Shown: positions 29,025 through 40,071 of the stretch, piece by piece | Layout of the letters: each line of letters opens with the position of its first letter | Position numbering within the stretch: the stretch's first letter is position 1 | NCBI GenBank assembly: GCA_903886485.1 | Contig: CAISMH010000008.1 | Span: forward strand, 9,448-73,447 | Reading direction: 5' to 3' | DNA: 64,000 bases | Source of the DNA: an uncultured Burkholderiales bacterium | Lineage (GTDB): Bacteria; Pseudomonadota; Gammaproteobacteria; Burkholderiales; Burkholderiaceae_C | Notes under the pieces: model-generated | What the model saw: only the letters and a program-made list of their open reading frames with translations | Told to the model about the DNA's origin: nothing | The model's database searches: none | Position numbers and translations under genes: made by a program

Positions 29025-30878
29025 ATGCACTCAGCCAAATTTCGTCCGTTGAAGTTTGGTGTCACACGCGTCAGCTTGCGTGATGGCCCCCAAGGCACTC
29101 ATTACCTCAAGGCAGATCAAGCCTTGCAAGATTTCCCAGATCGGTTGAGCGACCGCTTGCGTCACTGGGCGCAAGCAGCGCCCGAACGCACCTTGTTTGC
29201 ACGTCGTGTCAAACAAACCGATGGCAGCCTTGGGGATTGGCGTCACATCAGCTATCAAGAAGCTTGGTTGAACGCGCGCAACATAGCCCAAGGCTTGTTG
29301 GACCGCGGCTTGAACGCCGAGCGTCCAGTCGCCATCCTGAGCGAAAACAGCTTAGAGCATGCCTTGTTGGCATTGGGCTGCATGCTGGCGGGCGTACCCT
29401 TTGTTCCAACGTCGCCTCCTTACTCATTGGTGAGCGTGGACTACGACAAGCTCAAGCATGTGCTGAAGACGGTCACGCCAGGCCTGATATTTGCGCAAGA
29501 CGCGCGCTATGCCAAAGCCATTCAAGCCACTGTGGGACATGACACCGAAGTGGTCTTGCATGAGGGGCACATCGCAGACCGAGCGACCACCCGTTTTTCC
29601 CAACTCTGTGCCACCGCTGCAAGCGATGCGGTCGACAAAGCCATGGCTGCGACAGGCCCCGACACCATCGTTAAATTTCTGTTCACCAGCGGCTCGACCA
29701 AACTGCCCAAAGCAGTGATCAACACCAACCGTCTGTGGTGTGCCAATCAGCAGCAAATGAGCCAATCCATGCCCGTGCTTTCAGAACCCCCGTTGGTGCT
29801 GGTGGACTGGCTGCCATGGAACCACACATTTGGTGGCAATCACAACTTCGGCATGGTGCTATTTCACGGCGGCACGCTCTACATCGACGACGGCAAACCC
29901 ACCCCAGCCCTCATTCATGAAACCTTGCGCAATTTGCGCGACGTCGCGCCCACCGTTTACTTCAATGTGCCCACCGGCTACGAGGCGATTGCCAACGCCA
30001 TGAAGACCGATGACGCATTGCGTCAAAACTTTTTGTCACGCGTGAAGATGTTTTTTTACGCAGGTGCGGCATTGGCTCAACCTGTGTGGGACAGCTTATA
30101 TGAAAGCGAAGAACGCGAAATCGGCGAACGCATTGTGATGACCTCGGGTCTTGGCATGACCGAATCTGGCCCCTTTGGTTTGTTCGTCACCAGCCCCCAT
30201 GTGCGCGCTGGCGACTTGGGCGTGCCAACACCCGGCATGGAGCTCAAACTGGTGGACAGCGACGGCAAAACCGAGGTGCGCTACCGCGGCCCCAACATCA
30301 CACCCGGCTACTGGCGCGCCCCCAAAGAAACCGCAGAGGCCTTTGATGAAGAAGGCTTCTTCAAAACAGGCGATGCGGTGAAATGGATCGACGAAACCGA
30401 TGTGCATTTGGGTCTGAAGTTCGATGGGCGGATTGCCGAAGACTTCAAACTCGCCACCGGCACATTTGTCAGCGTAGGGCCCCTGCGCAGCAAGATCATT
30501 GCGGCAGGCGCGCCCTACATACAAGACGTGGTGCTCACAGGCATCAACCTCAAAGAGGTGGGCGCCATGGTCTTCACCACCCCCAAGGTACGCGAGCTCT
30601 CAGGGTTGCCTGAGCAAGCGCCTTTGGCTGATGTATTGGCCACGCCCGTTGTACTGGCTAAGTTTCAACAAGTGATCAACGCGCTATCAGCCAGCAGCAC
30701 CGGCAGCGCCAACCGCATTGCCCGCATGTGCTTGTTGAGCGAACCGCCCACCATTGACAAGGGTGAGATCACGGACAAAGGCTCCATCAACCAACGCTCT
30801 GTGTTGCATCACCGTGCCGACACTGTCGCTGCCTTGCATGAAGATCGCTTGCACTACATCCTCAAACCACAGGCTTAA
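29025..30878 (+). CDS. couB: Feruloyl/p-coumaroyl-CoA synthetase (Fcs/CouB family)
   Basis: GAGGAG RBS; FTSGSTKLPKAV, DWLPWNHTFGGNH, YIDDGKP, FDGRIAEDFKL.TGTFV, EITDKGSINQ. Confidence 0.9.
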   Translation: MHSAKFRPLKFGVTRVSLRDGPQGTHYLKADQALQDFPDRLSDRLRHWAQAAPERTLFARRVKQTDGSLGDWRHISYQEAWLNARNIAQGLLDRGLNAERPVAILSENSLEHALLALGCMLAGVPFVPTSPPYSLVSVDYDKLKHVLKTVTPGLIFAQDARYAKAIQATVGHDTEVVLHEGHIADRATTRFSQLCATAASDAVDKAMAATGPDTIVKFLFTSGSTKLPKAVINTNRLWCANQQQMSQSMPVLSEPPLVLVDWLPWNHTFGGNHNFGMVLFHGGTLYIDDGKPTPALIHETLRNLRDVAPTVYFNVPTGYEAIANAMKTDDALRQNFLSRVKMFFYAGAALAQPVWDSLYESEEREIGERIVMTSGLGMTESGPFGLFVTSPHVRAGDLGVPTPGMELKLVDSDGKTEVRYRGPNITPGYWRAPKETAEAFDEEGFFKTGDAVKWIDETDVHLGLKFDGRIAEDFKLATGTFVSVGPLRSKIIAAGAPYIQDVVLTGINLKEVGAMVFTTPKVRELSGLPEQAPLADVLATPVVLAKFQQVINALSASSTGSANRIARMCLLSEPPTIDKGEITDKGSINQRSVLHHRADTVAALHEDRLHYILKPQA

Positions 30879-30890
30879 AGAAAGAAGAAC

Positions 30891-32153
30891 ATGGCTTCCA
30901 AAGGATTTTTCAACGCATTTGCCGATGTCTGGATGCACGAAGGTGTGCGCACCCCCATGGTGGACTATTGCGGTGCACTCGGCCACATTTCGCCCACAGA
31001 TCTCGGCATCAAAGCCGCACGTGAAGCCTTGAAGCGCGCGGGCATTGCCCCCACGGAGATCGACTCAGTCATCACGGGCAACATGGCGCCCGGTGACTTT
31101 GACCAGTTCTTCTTGCCACGTCACATCGGTCTGTATGCCGGTGTCCCGCAAGAAGTGCCGGCCATCATGGCGCAGCGCATTTGCGGCACGGGCTTTGAGT
31201 TGTTTCGCCAAGCGGGTGAGCAAATTGAAGCAGGGGTCTGTGATGCGGCGTTGGTGGTAGGCACCGAAAGCATGACGCGTAACCCCATCGCCTCCTTTGA
31301 GCACCGCAGCGGCTTCAAACTCGGCGCACCTGTGGGTTTCAAAGACTACATGTGGGAAGCCCTCAAAGACCCAGCCGCTGGCATCAACATGATTCAGACG
31401 GCCGAGAATTTGGCGAAGAAATACAACATCACCCGTGAAGAAGTTGACCAATTTGCCTCGGACTCATTTGCCAAAGCAGTGGCGGCTCAGGAGGCTGGTT
31501 TTCATGCGGGTGAGATCGTGCCCGTGGTCACAGAAAAATTTGAGCTCGAGGGCTACAAATCCCGTGGCATCAAACTGCAAGGCAAGGTCACAGAAGTGCA
31601 TGCAGATACACATGCCCGCATCTCACCACCAGAAGTGCTGGCCAAACTCAAGCCGGTGTATGAAGGCGGCGTGCAAACGGGCGGCAACAGCGCAGCCTTG
31701 GTGGATGCGGCAGCGGCCTGTGTGGTGACGTCTGGCGCCTATGCCAAAGCTCACGGCAAGAAGCCCATGGCACGGGTGGTGGCTGCTGCGTCGGTGGGTG
31801 TCCCCCCTGAGGTCATGGGCATTGGCCCAGCTCCTGCCATACGCTTGCTTTTAGAACGTACAGGGTTGCAACTGTCGGACATTGATCGCTTTGAAATCAA
31901 CGAGGCTCAAGGTGCACAGACCTTGGCGGTCGCGCGTGAGCTGGGTCTTAACTTGTCCAAACTCAACGTCAACGGCGGTGCCATCGCGTTGGGTCACCCA
32001 CTGGCCTGCACAGGCGTGCGGTTGACCATCACACTGGCGCGCGAACTCCAACGCAGCGGTCTGCGCTACGGCATCTCCAGCGCCTGCGTGGGGGGTGGAC
32101 AAGGCATTGCGCTGCTGATCGAAAACCCACAAGGGTCTCGTGGCAACGCGTAG
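30891..32153 (+). CDS. Acyl-CoA thiolase (degradative type)
   Basis: QRICGTG, GTESMT, NEAQ, GGAIALGHP, CVGGGQG. Confidence 0.92.
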   Translation: MASKGFFNAFADVWMHEGVRTPMVDYCGALGHISPTDLGIKAAREALKRAGIAPTEIDSVITGNMAPGDFDQFFLPRHIGLYAGVPQEVPAIMAQRICGTGFELFRQAGEQIEAGVCDAALVVGTESMTRNPIASFEHRSGFKLGAPVGFKDYMWEALKDPAAGINMIQTAENLAKKYNITREEVDQFASDSFAKAVAAQEAGFHAGEIVPVVTEKFELEGYKSRGIKLQGKVTEVHADTHARISPPEVLAKLKPVYEGGVQTGGNSAALVDAAAACVVTSGAYAKAHGKKPMARVVAAASVGVPPEVMGIGPAPAIRLLLERTGLQLSDIDRFEINEAQGAQTLAVARELGLNLSKLNVNGGAIALGHPLACTGVRLTITLARELQRSGLRYGISSACVGGGQGIALLIENPQGSRGNA

Positions 32154-32219
32154 GGGTTTCGTAAAAACCCCGAGCTTGGCTAAGCAGGTAGACATCCACA
32201 ATCATTCAAAGAAATCTTT

Positions 32220-33005
32220 ATGAACATTCAAGGACAAGCAGCATTGGTGACGGGCGCAGGCTCCGGCCTCGGTGAAGCCACCGCACGCGAACTGGCCCGC
32301 TTGGGCGCGAAGGTCGGCGTACTCGACCTCCACCTAGACAACGCACAGCGCGTGGCCAACGACTTGTGCGCGCTTTATGGCAAAGGCGCTGCGGTGGCTG
32401 TGTCGTGCAATGTGTCTGATCCAGACAGCATGGCCCAGGCCATCGACACAGCGGCAGCGGCACACGGCCCTGCGCGAATCTTGATGCAAATCGCCGGCAT
32501 CGGCACCTCCAAACGCGTGGTGGGCAAAGACGGCAACGCTGCCCCCTTAGAAGACTTCATTCAAGTGATCAACGTCAACTTGGTGGGCACCTACAACGCA
32601 GCACGTTTGTTTGCAGCGGCAGCAGCCAAGCTCGACCCCCTCGAAGACGGCGAGCGTGGTGTGATGGTGTGGACGGCATCCGTGGCTGCCTTTGACGGGC
32701 AAGTGGGTCAACAAGCCTACAGCGCCTCCAAAGCTGGCGTGGTTGGCATGACGCTGCCCATGGCGCGTGATTTGGCAAAACACGGCATCCGCGTCTGCAC
32801 CATCGCACCAGGTTTGTTTGCCACGCCCCTCATGAAAACGCTACCCGAGCCTGTGCAAGCGTCGCTGGCTGCGAGCATTCCATTTCCGACACGGTTGGGT
32901 AAGCCCGAGGAATTTGCGCAACTCGCAGCACACATCGTGAGCAACACACACCTCAATGGCGAAGTGATCCGCTTAGACGGCGCACTGCGCATGGCGCCTC
33001 GCTGA
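32220..33005 (+). CDS. SDR, 3-hydroxyacyl-CoA dehydrogenase type-2 (HSD17B10-like)
   Basis: TGAGSGLG, NVNLVGT, ASVAAFDGQVGQQAYSASK, LNGEVIRLDGALRM. Confidence 0.9.
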   Translation: MNIQGQAALVTGAGSGLGEATARELARLGAKVGVLDLHLDNAQRVANDLCALYGKGAAVAVSCNVSDPDSMAQAIDTAAAAHGPARILMQIAGIGTSKRVVGKDGNAAPLEDFIQVINVNLVGTYNAARLFAAAAAKLDPLEDGERGVMVWTASVAAFDGQVGQQAYSASKAGVVGMTLPMARDLAKHGIRVCTIAPGLFATPLMKTLPEPVQASLAASIPFPTRLGKPEEFAQLAAHIVSNTHLNGEVIRLDGALRMAPR

Positions 33006-33098
33006 AAAAATCATGAACACCCATCTTCATCACCTGATGCACGCCCTGTCTAACGATGGGGCGCGGCCTTCTTCAGATCAGTTCTACGGAGCACAGCC

Positions 33099-33518
33099 AT
33101 GACCAAAACAGTGGTTTACGAAGTTGAAATCATGTTCGGTGACTGCGATCCAGCAGGCATCGTCTTCTTCCCCAATTACTCCAAATGGATGGACGCTTCA
33201 TCGCTGAACTTCTTTGTGAAGTGCGGTGTACCGACTTGGCGCGAGTTGGTCAAAACCACCGGCATCATCGGCACACCCCTGCTGGAGATCAACACCAAAT
33301 TCATGCGCCCTGCCACCTACGGTGAACGCATTCAAATTCACACCAGCATTCATGAGTGGCGTGAAAAAGTTGTGATCCAAAAGCATGTGGTCATGCGTGG
33401 CGACACCGTGCTGTGCGAAGGGTTTGAAACCCGCGCGTTCTGTATCAAGCACCCGGACGACCCTGACCGTATCAAAGCCATTCCTGTGCCTGCGGACATC
33501 CAAGCTTTGTGTTCTTAA
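33099..33518 (+). CDS. Acyl-CoA thioesterase (4-hydroxybenzoyl-CoA thioesterase family)
   Basis: FGDCDPAGIVFFPNY hot-dog motif. Confidence 0.9.
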   Translation: MTKTVVYEVEIMFGDCDPAGIVFFPNYSKWMDASSLNFFVKCGVPTWRELVKTTGIIGTPLLEINTKFMRPATYGERIQIHTSIHEWREKVVIQKHVVMRGDTVLCEGFETRAFCIKHPDDPDRIKAIPVPADIQALCS

Positions 33519-33558
33519 TTTTCCCTGCAACCTTTCCAACGATAACTAGGAGACAACC

Positions 33559-34692
33559 ATGAACTTCAAGAAGACTCTCGTGACCCTCGCCGCCACCGTG
33601 GCGTGCTCTGCCGCATTGGCTGACATCAACATCGGTGTCATCTTGCCGCTGACAGGCCCAGCCTCTGGTTTGGGCATTCCAGCAAAAAACCAAATTGCGC
33701 TGTGGCCCACCAGCATTGCCGGTGAAAAACTCAACGTCACCGTGTTGGACGATGCGACTGACCCCACCAACGGTGTGAAGAATGCACGTCGTTTCGTGAC
33801 CGAAGACAAGGTGGATTTGCTCGTTGGCTCAGTGGCGACCCCCGTGGGTGTGGCCATTGCAGATGTGGCCTTGGAGACCAAAACACCACAACTGGCGCTC
33901 ACACCCATTGGCTTGCCTGCGGGCAAAGACGCCTACACCTTTCGCATGCCTCAATCCAACGGCGTGATGGCCACGGCCATCGTCAACCACATGCAAAAGC
34001 TGGGTGTGAAAACCGTGGGTTTCTTGGGCTACACAGACGCTTATGGTGAGCAATGGTTGCAAGCCTTCACCCCCTTGGCCGAAAAAGCAGGCATCAAAAT
34101 CGTGGGTGTAGAGCGCTTTGCACGCACCGACACCAGCGTGACGGGCCAAGCCCTCAAACTCGTCTCGGCGAATCCCGATGCGGTGCTCATCGTGGCCTCT
34201 GGTAGCGGGGCTGCCATGCCACACAAAGGCATTGTGGAACGTAACTTCAAAGGGAAGATTTACCAAACCCATGGTGCAGCCTCTAAAGACTTGATGCGCG
34301 TGGGTGGCAAAGACGTGGAAGGCGCCTTTGTTGTGGGCGGTCCCGTGATTGTTCCTTACCAATTGCCTGACAGCAATCCATCTAAAAAAATTGCCATTGC
34401 CTTTGCTGACAAATACGACAAGGCCTATGGCGTTGGCACGCATAACCAATTCGCGGGTCACGCACACGATGTGATCGTGGTGCTGGAAAAAGCCATTCCT
34501 CTGGCTTTGAAAAAGGCCAAACCAGGGACTCCCGAATTTCGCACTGCGCTGCGTGATGCTTTAGAAACCATGGGTCGCACCGTGGTGGCGCACGGCACAC
34601 TGAATTGGACCAAAGAAGACCACTGGGGTTACACGCCAGACACCGGCGTGATGCTCAAAGTGGTGGATGGTCAATTCACCGTCGCACCTTAA
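33559..34692 (+). CDS. ABC substrate-binding protein (CouP-like phenylpropanoid binder)
   Basis: Signal peptide; TGPASGLGIP, DDATDPT, AFVVGGPV. Confidence 0.85.
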   Translation: MNFKKTLVTLAATVACSAALADINIGVILPLTGPASGLGIPAKNQIALWPTSIAGEKLNVTVLDDATDPTNGVKNARRFVTEDKVDLLVGSVATPVGVAIADVALETKTPQLALTPIGLPAGKDAYTFRMPQSNGVMATAIVNHMQKLGVKTVGFLGYTDAYGEQWLQAFTPLAEKAGIKIVGVERFARTDTSVTGQALKLVSANPDAVLIVASGSGAAMPHKGIVERNFKGKIYQTHGAASKDLMRVGGKDVEGAFVVGGPVIVPYQLPDSNPSKKIAIAFADKYDKAYGVGTHNQFAGHAHDVIVVLEKAIPLALKKAKPGTPEFRTALRDALETMGRTVVAHGTLNWTKEDHWGYTPDTGVMLKVVDGQFTVAP

Positions 34693-34709
34693 TCACGTTT
34701 GCGAGCCCC

Positions 34710-34744
34710 AACGCTCAACAGGGTTGACCTGTTGAGCGTTTTGT
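34710..34744 (+). terminator. Hairpin after the SBP gene (partial terminator or stabiliser)
   Basis: AACGCTCAACAGG/CCTGTTGAGCGTT 13-bp perfect stem followed by TTGT. Confidence 0.65.
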
Positions 34745-34759
34745 AAAAAGAGAGACGAC

Positions 34760-35800
34760 ATGGACTTTTCAATCGCCAGCATTTTGATGTTGGACGGAAT
34801 GACAAACGGTGCGATTTATGCCCTCTTGGGTTTAGCCACTGTTTTGGTGTTTACCGTCACACGCGTCATCTTTATTCCACAGGGCGAGTTTGTAGCTTTT
34901 GGTGCGTTGACCATGGCCATGCTGCAAGCAGGGCTGGTGCCGGGCACGGTGTGGTTGCTCATGCTGCTGTCTGTCCTTGCTGCCTTGATGGAATGCTGGA
35001 GTCGTTGGAGCCATGATCGCAATTTGATACACGGCATGAAGTCCGCGCTCATCATGGCGACACCGTCTTTGTTGATTGCCTGTGTCACGGTATGGGCTGC
35101 GCCGCAAAATTTTCCCATGCCCGTGCAAGCACTCCTGAGCATCGCGGTGGTCGCCGCGTTTGGGCCGTTGGTCTATCGCATCGCCTATCAGTCGTTAGAG
35201 TCAGCCACGCCACTGGTGTTGCTCATCGTGTCAGTGGGCGTGCATTTCGCGATGACAGGCTTGGGTTTGTTGTTCTTTGGTGCGGAAGGTTTTCGCAACC
35301 CCAGTTTCTTGAATGAGAGTTGGGCCATGGGCCCCATCCACATCACAGGCCAAGTGGTCATCATCTTCACCACGGCACTGTTGCTCATCGCAGCGTTGTG
35401 GATGTTTTTTGAACGCACCTTGTTTGGCAAGGCCTTGCGGGCCACGGCGGTCAACCGCACTGGCGCGCGCTTGATGGGCATTTCTACCCACACAGCAGGT
35501 CAGTTCACCTTCTTATTGGCCGCAGGCATTGGTGCGGTGTCGGGCTTGTTGATTGGCCCCACCACCACCGTCTTTTACGACTCTGGTTTTTTGATTGGTC
35601 TCAAAGGCTTTGTAGCTGCCGTGGTGGCAGGTTTGTCTAGCTACCCAGGCGCTTTGATCGGCGCTTTGTTCGTCGGTGTTGTGGAATCGTTTGGCTCATT
35701 CTGGGCCAGCGCTTTCAAAGAGGTGATTGTGTTCACCTTGATCTTGCCTGTGTTGCTGTGGCGTTCGCTCACGAGTGGCCATTCTGATGAGGAGCATTGA
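34760..35800 (+). CDS. HAAT ABC permease
   Basis: [44 protein letters not shown]. Confidence 0.9.
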   Translation: MDFSIASILMLDGMTNGAIYALLGLATVLVFTVTRVIFIPQGEFVAFGALTMAMLQAGLVPGTVWLLMLLSVLAALMECWSRWSHDRNLIHGMKSALIMATPSLLIACVTVWAAPQNFPMPVQALLSIAVVAAFGPLVYRIAYQSLESATPLVLLIVSVGVHFAMTGLGLLFFGAEGFRNPSFLNESWAMGPIHITGQVVIIFTTALLLIAALWMFFERTLFGKALRATAVNRTGARLMGISTHTAGQFTFLLAAGIGAVSGLLIGPTTTVFYDSGFLIGLKGFVAAVVAGLSSYPGALIGALFVGVVESFGSFWASAFKEVIVFTLILPVLLWRSLTSGHSDEEH

Positions 35801-35801
35801 A

Positions 35802-37556
35802 ATGCGCCGCTGGTTATTGATCTTCGCCTTGGTCCCTTTGGTGGCTGCGTTGCCTCTGCCTGACTTTTGGATTTTTCAACTCAACTACATCGGCCTTTAC
35901 GCCATGACATGTATGGGCTTGGTCTTGCTCACAGGCGTGTCGGGTTTGACGTCGTTTGGCCAAGCTGCTTTTGTTGGCATTGGCGCCTACACCAGCGCAT
36001 GGCTCACGCTCAACATGGGTTGGTCGCCTTGGCTGACCCTGTGGGTGGGCTTAGGCCTGACCTTTGTGAGCGCTTTGCTGGTGGGCCTGATCACGCTGCG
36101 CATGTCGGGGCACTATCTGCCGTTGGCCACCATTGCTTGGGGTTTGTCGCTGTATTACCTCATGGGCAATATGGACGCTTTGGGCAAATATGACGGTCTG
36201 CTGGGCGTTCAAACCCTCTCACTCTTTGGCTTCGACTTGGGCCAAGGTCGTCCCTTCTTCATGCTGACTTGGTTCATCTTGTTTGCCTCAGCGTTGTGCA
36301 TGACCCAGTTGCTTGACTCGCGCGCTGGCCGTGCGATTCGCTCACTCAAAAATGGCACGCAAATGGCTGAAGCGATGGGCATCAACACTTTTCGCTACAA
36401 AGTCACCGCATTTGTCATGGCTGCCTTGTTCGCGTCCGTGGCGGGTTGGTTGTTGGCTCACTTCCAACGCACGGTGAACCCATCGGCTTTCGGTTTGAAG
36501 ATGGGCATTGAGTACTTGTTCATGGCCGTGGTCGGCGGTGTGGGGCACGTCTGGGGTGCTGTTGTCGGTGCAGGGTTGATCAAATTGATGGATGACTATT
36601 TGCAAGTCATGTTGCCCAAACTCATTGGCACCAGCGGCAGCTACGAAATGATTGTGTTTGGCATTTTGTTGGTACTCGTGCTGAAGTACTTGCCAGATGG
36701 TCTTTGGTCTCTGGTCGCGCGCTACATGCCTCGACGTGACCGTGAAGTCAACTGGGCCAACGCTGGTCAACTGCCAGAAACGCACAAGCCTCAGCACGGC
36801 GAACTCTTGCTCGACGTACAAGACATTCGTAAACAGTTTGGCGGCTTGGTGGCGGTCAACGACATTCGCTTTCAAATCAAGGCGGGCGAAATCGTAGGTT
36901 TGATCGGCCCCAATGGCGCAGGCAAATCGACCACCTTCAATCTCATCACTGGCGTATTGCCTCTGACATCAGGGGTGGTGAAGTTCCGTCAAGACACCAT
37001 CAGCGGCTTGCCCTCACGGGAAATTTTGCGCAAGGGCATGGCACGCACCTTCCAACACGTGAAGATGATTCCCGACATGACCGTGCTGGAAAACGTGGCC
37101 ATCGGCGGCTACAGCCGCGGTCACACCGGTGTGTGGTCCGGCATGCTGGGCACCAACCAAGAAGAAGAGAAACGACTCTTCAAACTGGCCCAACAGCAGC
37201 TAGAACGTGTGGGCATGGGGCATACCCTGCACGAAGCCGCTGGCAACTTGGCCATGGGCCAACAACGCCTGATGGAAATTGCCCGCGCCTTGTGTGCCGA
37301 CCCCACCTTGCTGCTGCTCGATGAACCTGCGGCTGGTTTACGCCACAAAGAAAAACAAGGTCTCGCCGATGTGCTGCGTCAGCTGCAAGGCGAAGGCGTG
37401 AGCATCTTGCTGGTGGAACACGACATGGATTTGGTCATGCAAGTTTGCGACAAATTGGTGGTGATGGAGTTCGGCACCTTGCTGCTCGAAGGCACGCCCC
37501 AAGAAATTCAAGAAAGCCCCGTAGTGCGCGCCGCCTACTTGGGTACCGAACACTAA
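35802..37556 (+). CDS. Fused HAAT ABC permease-ATPase
   Basis: N-terminal LivM-like TM region; C-terminal [22 protein letters not shown]. Confidence 0.92.
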   Translation: MRRWLLIFALVPLVAALPLPDFWIFQLNYIGLYAMTCMGLVLLTGVSGLTSFGQAAFVGIGAYTSAWLTLNMGWSPWLTLWVGLGLTFVSALLVGLITLRMSGHYLPLATIAWGLSLYYLMGNMDALGKYDGLLGVQTLSLFGFDLGQGRPFFMLTWFILFASALCMTQLLDSRAGRAIRSLKNGTQMAEAMGINTFRYKVTAFVMAALFASVAGWLLAHFQRTVNPSAFGLKMGIEYLFMAVVGGVGHVWGAVVGAGLIKLMDDYLQVMLPKLIGTSGSYEMIVFGILLVLVLKYLPDGLWSLVARYMPRRDREVNWANAGQLPETHKPQHGELLLDVQDIRKQFGGLVAVNDIRFQIKAGEIVGLIGPNGAGKSTTFNLITGVLPLTSGVVKFRQDTISGLPSREILRKGMARTFQHVKMIPDMTVLENVAIGGYSRGHTGVWSGMLGTNQEEEKRLFKLAQQQLERVGMGHTLHEAAGNLAMGQQRLMEIARALCADPTLLLLDEPAAGLRHKEKQGLADVLRQLQGEGVSILLVEHDMDLVMQVCDKLVVMEFGTLLLEGTPQEIQESPVVRAAYLGTEH

Positions 37557-37566
37557 GGACAAGGCC

Positions 37567-38298
37567 ATGACCACGCCCCTTCTCGACATACGAGACCTCC
37601 ACGCCGGATACGGCAAAGCCGAAGTGCTGCACGGCATCCATCTGCACGCGAATGCCAGCCAAGTGATCACCGTGATTGGCCCCAATGGCGCAGGCAAGAC
37701 GACCCTGCTCAACACCTTGATGGGTCTGCTGCCAACCAAAGGGCACATGTTTTACCGTGGCGAAGACATCAGTGGCTGCACACTGGAAGAGCGCGTGATG
37801 CTTGGCATTGCCTTGGTCCCCGAAAAACGGGAGCTGTTTGGCACCATGACCGTGGAGGACAACCTTGAGCTTGGCGGCTTTCGCCAAATGCGCAAGGGCA
37901 ATTTGCAATGGCGCCAACGCATGGATGATGTGTATGACATCTTCCCTCGCCTCAAAGAACGTCGCTTGCAACAAGCGGGCACGCTTTCGGGCGGTGAACG
38001 CCAAATGTTGGCCGTTGGCCGTGCCATGATGTCGCGCCCCGATGTGTTGATGTTGGACGAGCCGAGCCTCGGCTTGGCGCCACTCATCGTGAAAGAAATT
38101 TTCTCCATCATCGAAACCCTGCGCAAAACTGGCGTGACCATCGTGCTGGTCGAGCAAAACGCACGCGCAGCTCTGGCTGTGGCCGACTTCGGCTATGTGC
38201 TCGAAATGGGAGAAGTCAGCTTGTATGGTCCCGCTACCGAGTTGGCACAAGACAACCGTGTGATCGACACCTACTTGGGCGCCACGCGCAAGGATTGA
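37567..38298 (+). CDS. HAAT ABC ATPase (LivF-like)
   Basis: GPNGAGKTT, LSGGERQ, LDEPSLGLAP. Confidence 0.93.
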   Translation: MTTPLLDIRDLHAGYGKAEVLHGIHLHANASQVITVIGPNGAGKTTLLNTLMGLLPTKGHMFYRGEDISGCTLEERVMLGIALVPEKRELFGTMTVEDNLELGGFRQMRKGNLQWRQRMDDVYDIFPRLKERRLQQAGTLSGGERQMLAVGRAMMSRPDVLMLDEPSLGLAPLIVKEIFSIIETLRKTGVTIVLVEQNARAALAVADFGYVLEMGEVSLYGPATELAQDNRVIDTYLGATRKD

Positions 38299-38303
38299 AA
38301 ACT

Positions 38304-40037
38304 ATGCACAACTACCAACCGCAATTGGACGATGTTCAATTTGTTCTGCACAACGTGTTGCACGCGCCAAAGCGTATTGCAGCACTCAGCCCCTACCGCG
38401 AAGTCGACGCCGACTTGATGCATCAAATTCTGGAAGAAAGCGGCAAGTTCATCGCTGAACAAATTGCCCCACTCAACCCGGTGGGCGATCATGTCGGTGC
38501 GCACTTCAAGGACGGTGCTGTCACCATGCCACCCGGTTTCAAGGATGCGTACCAAGCGTTTTGGCAAGCTGGTTGGGCATCGCTGTGCACCGCCACTGAC
38601 GATGGCGGACAAGGTTTGCCCGCGGTGCTGGAGAGTGTGCTCTACGAATGGCTGTCGGCTGCCAACCATGGCTGGACCATGGCCCCCGGTTTGTTGCATG
38701 GTGCGTATGAGTGCATCAAGCATCACGCCAGTGACGCCCTCAAAGCGCAATACCTCCACAAAGTAGGCACCGGCGAGTGGCTGGCCACCATGTGCTTGAC
38801 CGAACCTCATGCGGGCAGCGATTTGGGGCTCGCTTCCACCAAAGCGGTGCCGCAAACCGATGGTGCGTATTTGATTTCAGGCACCAAGATTTTCATCAGC
38901 GGTGGTGAACACGACTTGACCGACAACATCGTTCACCTCGTCCTGGCCCGATTGCCGGATGCACCGGCTGGCCCCAAAGGTTTGTCACTCTTTTTAGTGC
39001 CCAAGTTTTACGCCGACGGCTCGCGCAGTGCGGTGTACTGCGACCGCATTGAAGAAAAAATGGGCATCCACGCCAGCCCCACCTGTGTGATGCGGTTCGA
39101 CGAGGCACGCGCATGGTTGGTGGGTGACCTAGGTCGCGGATTGAATGCCATGTTTGTGATGATGAATGCCGCCCGCTTGCATGTGGCCTTGCAGGGCGTG
39201 GGCTTGCTTGACGCGGCTTGGCAAAAAGCCAACGCCTACGCACATGAACGTCGTCAAATGCGAGCGCCGCGCTCAAAAGTCGCTTCTCCCAATGAGAACC
39301 AAGGAAAAGGATCTGCCCCCGCAGACCTCATCATTGAACACCCTGCCGTGCGCCGCATCTTGGACACGCAACGCGCGTGGATCGATGGTGCACGCGTTCT
39401 AGCCTACGAAACAGGCTTGGCTCTCGACGAAGCCAAGCACCACCCAGACGAGTCGCAACGCGAAGCGGCGCAACGATGGTGCGCACTCATCACGCCCATC
39501 CTCAAAGCCTCTTGCACGGACCAAGGCTTTCATGGCGCGAGCGAATGCTTGCAGGTGTTTGGAGGCCACGGCTATGTGAGCGAATGGGGTGTTGAACAAA
39601 ACGTGCGCGATGCGCGCATTGCCATGATTTATGAAGGCACCAACGAAATCCAAGCCGTTGACTTATTGATGCGAAAAGTAGTGAGCGATGGCGGTATGGC
39701 CTTGAATGCCATGCTGGACTCACTCGCGCAGCACTTGTCGGAGACCAAACCCCATGAAGCGCAAGTGTTGCATCTGTTCAAACGACTCAAAGCCACGACG
39801 CAAATGTGCGTGACTTGCGCACCACAAGCAGATGGTCATGTGCGATTGAGTTGGATTGCAGGCGACTTTCTGCGATTGGCTACTTTGGCTTTGCTCGCTT
39901 GGAGTTGGACGCGCATTGAATCCGCCAATGGCAGCGACACACTGCGTTGGCAAGCCCCTGCAAACGCTTTGCGTGCTTGGGTCTTGCCAGAGTTCGACAT
40001 GCGCTCTGGCATGATTGAGACTCAGCTCGGACAGTGA
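38304..40037 (+). CDS. Acyl-CoA dehydrogenase (long, DmdC-like architecture)
   Basis: MCLTEPHAGSDLG, GTKIFISGGEHD, EEKMGIHASPT, QVFGGHGY, IYEGTNEIQA. Confidence 0.92.
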   Translation: MHNYQPQLDDVQFVLHNVLHAPKRIAALSPYREVDADLMHQILEESGKFIAEQIAPLNPVGDHVGAHFKDGAVTMPPGFKDAYQAFWQAGWASLCTATDDGGQGLPAVLESVLYEWLSAANHGWTMAPGLLHGAYECIKHHASDALKAQYLHKVGTGEWLATMCLTEPHAGSDLGLASTKAVPQTDGAYLISGTKIFISGGEHDLTDNIVHLVLARLPDAPAGPKGLSLFLVPKFYADGSRSAVYCDRIEEKMGIHASPTCVMRFDEARAWLVGDLGRGLNAMFVMMNAARLHVALQGVGLLDAAWQKANAYAHERRQMRAPRSKVASPNENQGKGSAPADLIIEHPAVRRILDTQRAWIDGARVLAYETGLALDEAKHHPDESQREAAQRWCALITPILKASCTDQGFHGASECLQVFGGHGYVSEWGVEQNVRDARIAMIYEGTNEIQAVDLLMRKVVSDGGMALNAMLDSLAQHLSETKPHEAQVLHLFKRLKATTQMCVTCAPQADGHVRLSWIAGDFLRLATLALLAWSWTRIESANGSDTLRWQAPANALRAWVLPEFDMRSGMIETQLGQ

Positions 40038-40071
40038 TTCGAGATCCGTTTCAAAATTTTTCATCACCTCC

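Noticed and set aside
32153-32171. GGGGTTT-cgtaa-AAACCCC hairpin
   Set aside because: Short single hairpin without a U-tract or second copy; not enough to call a terminator or REP
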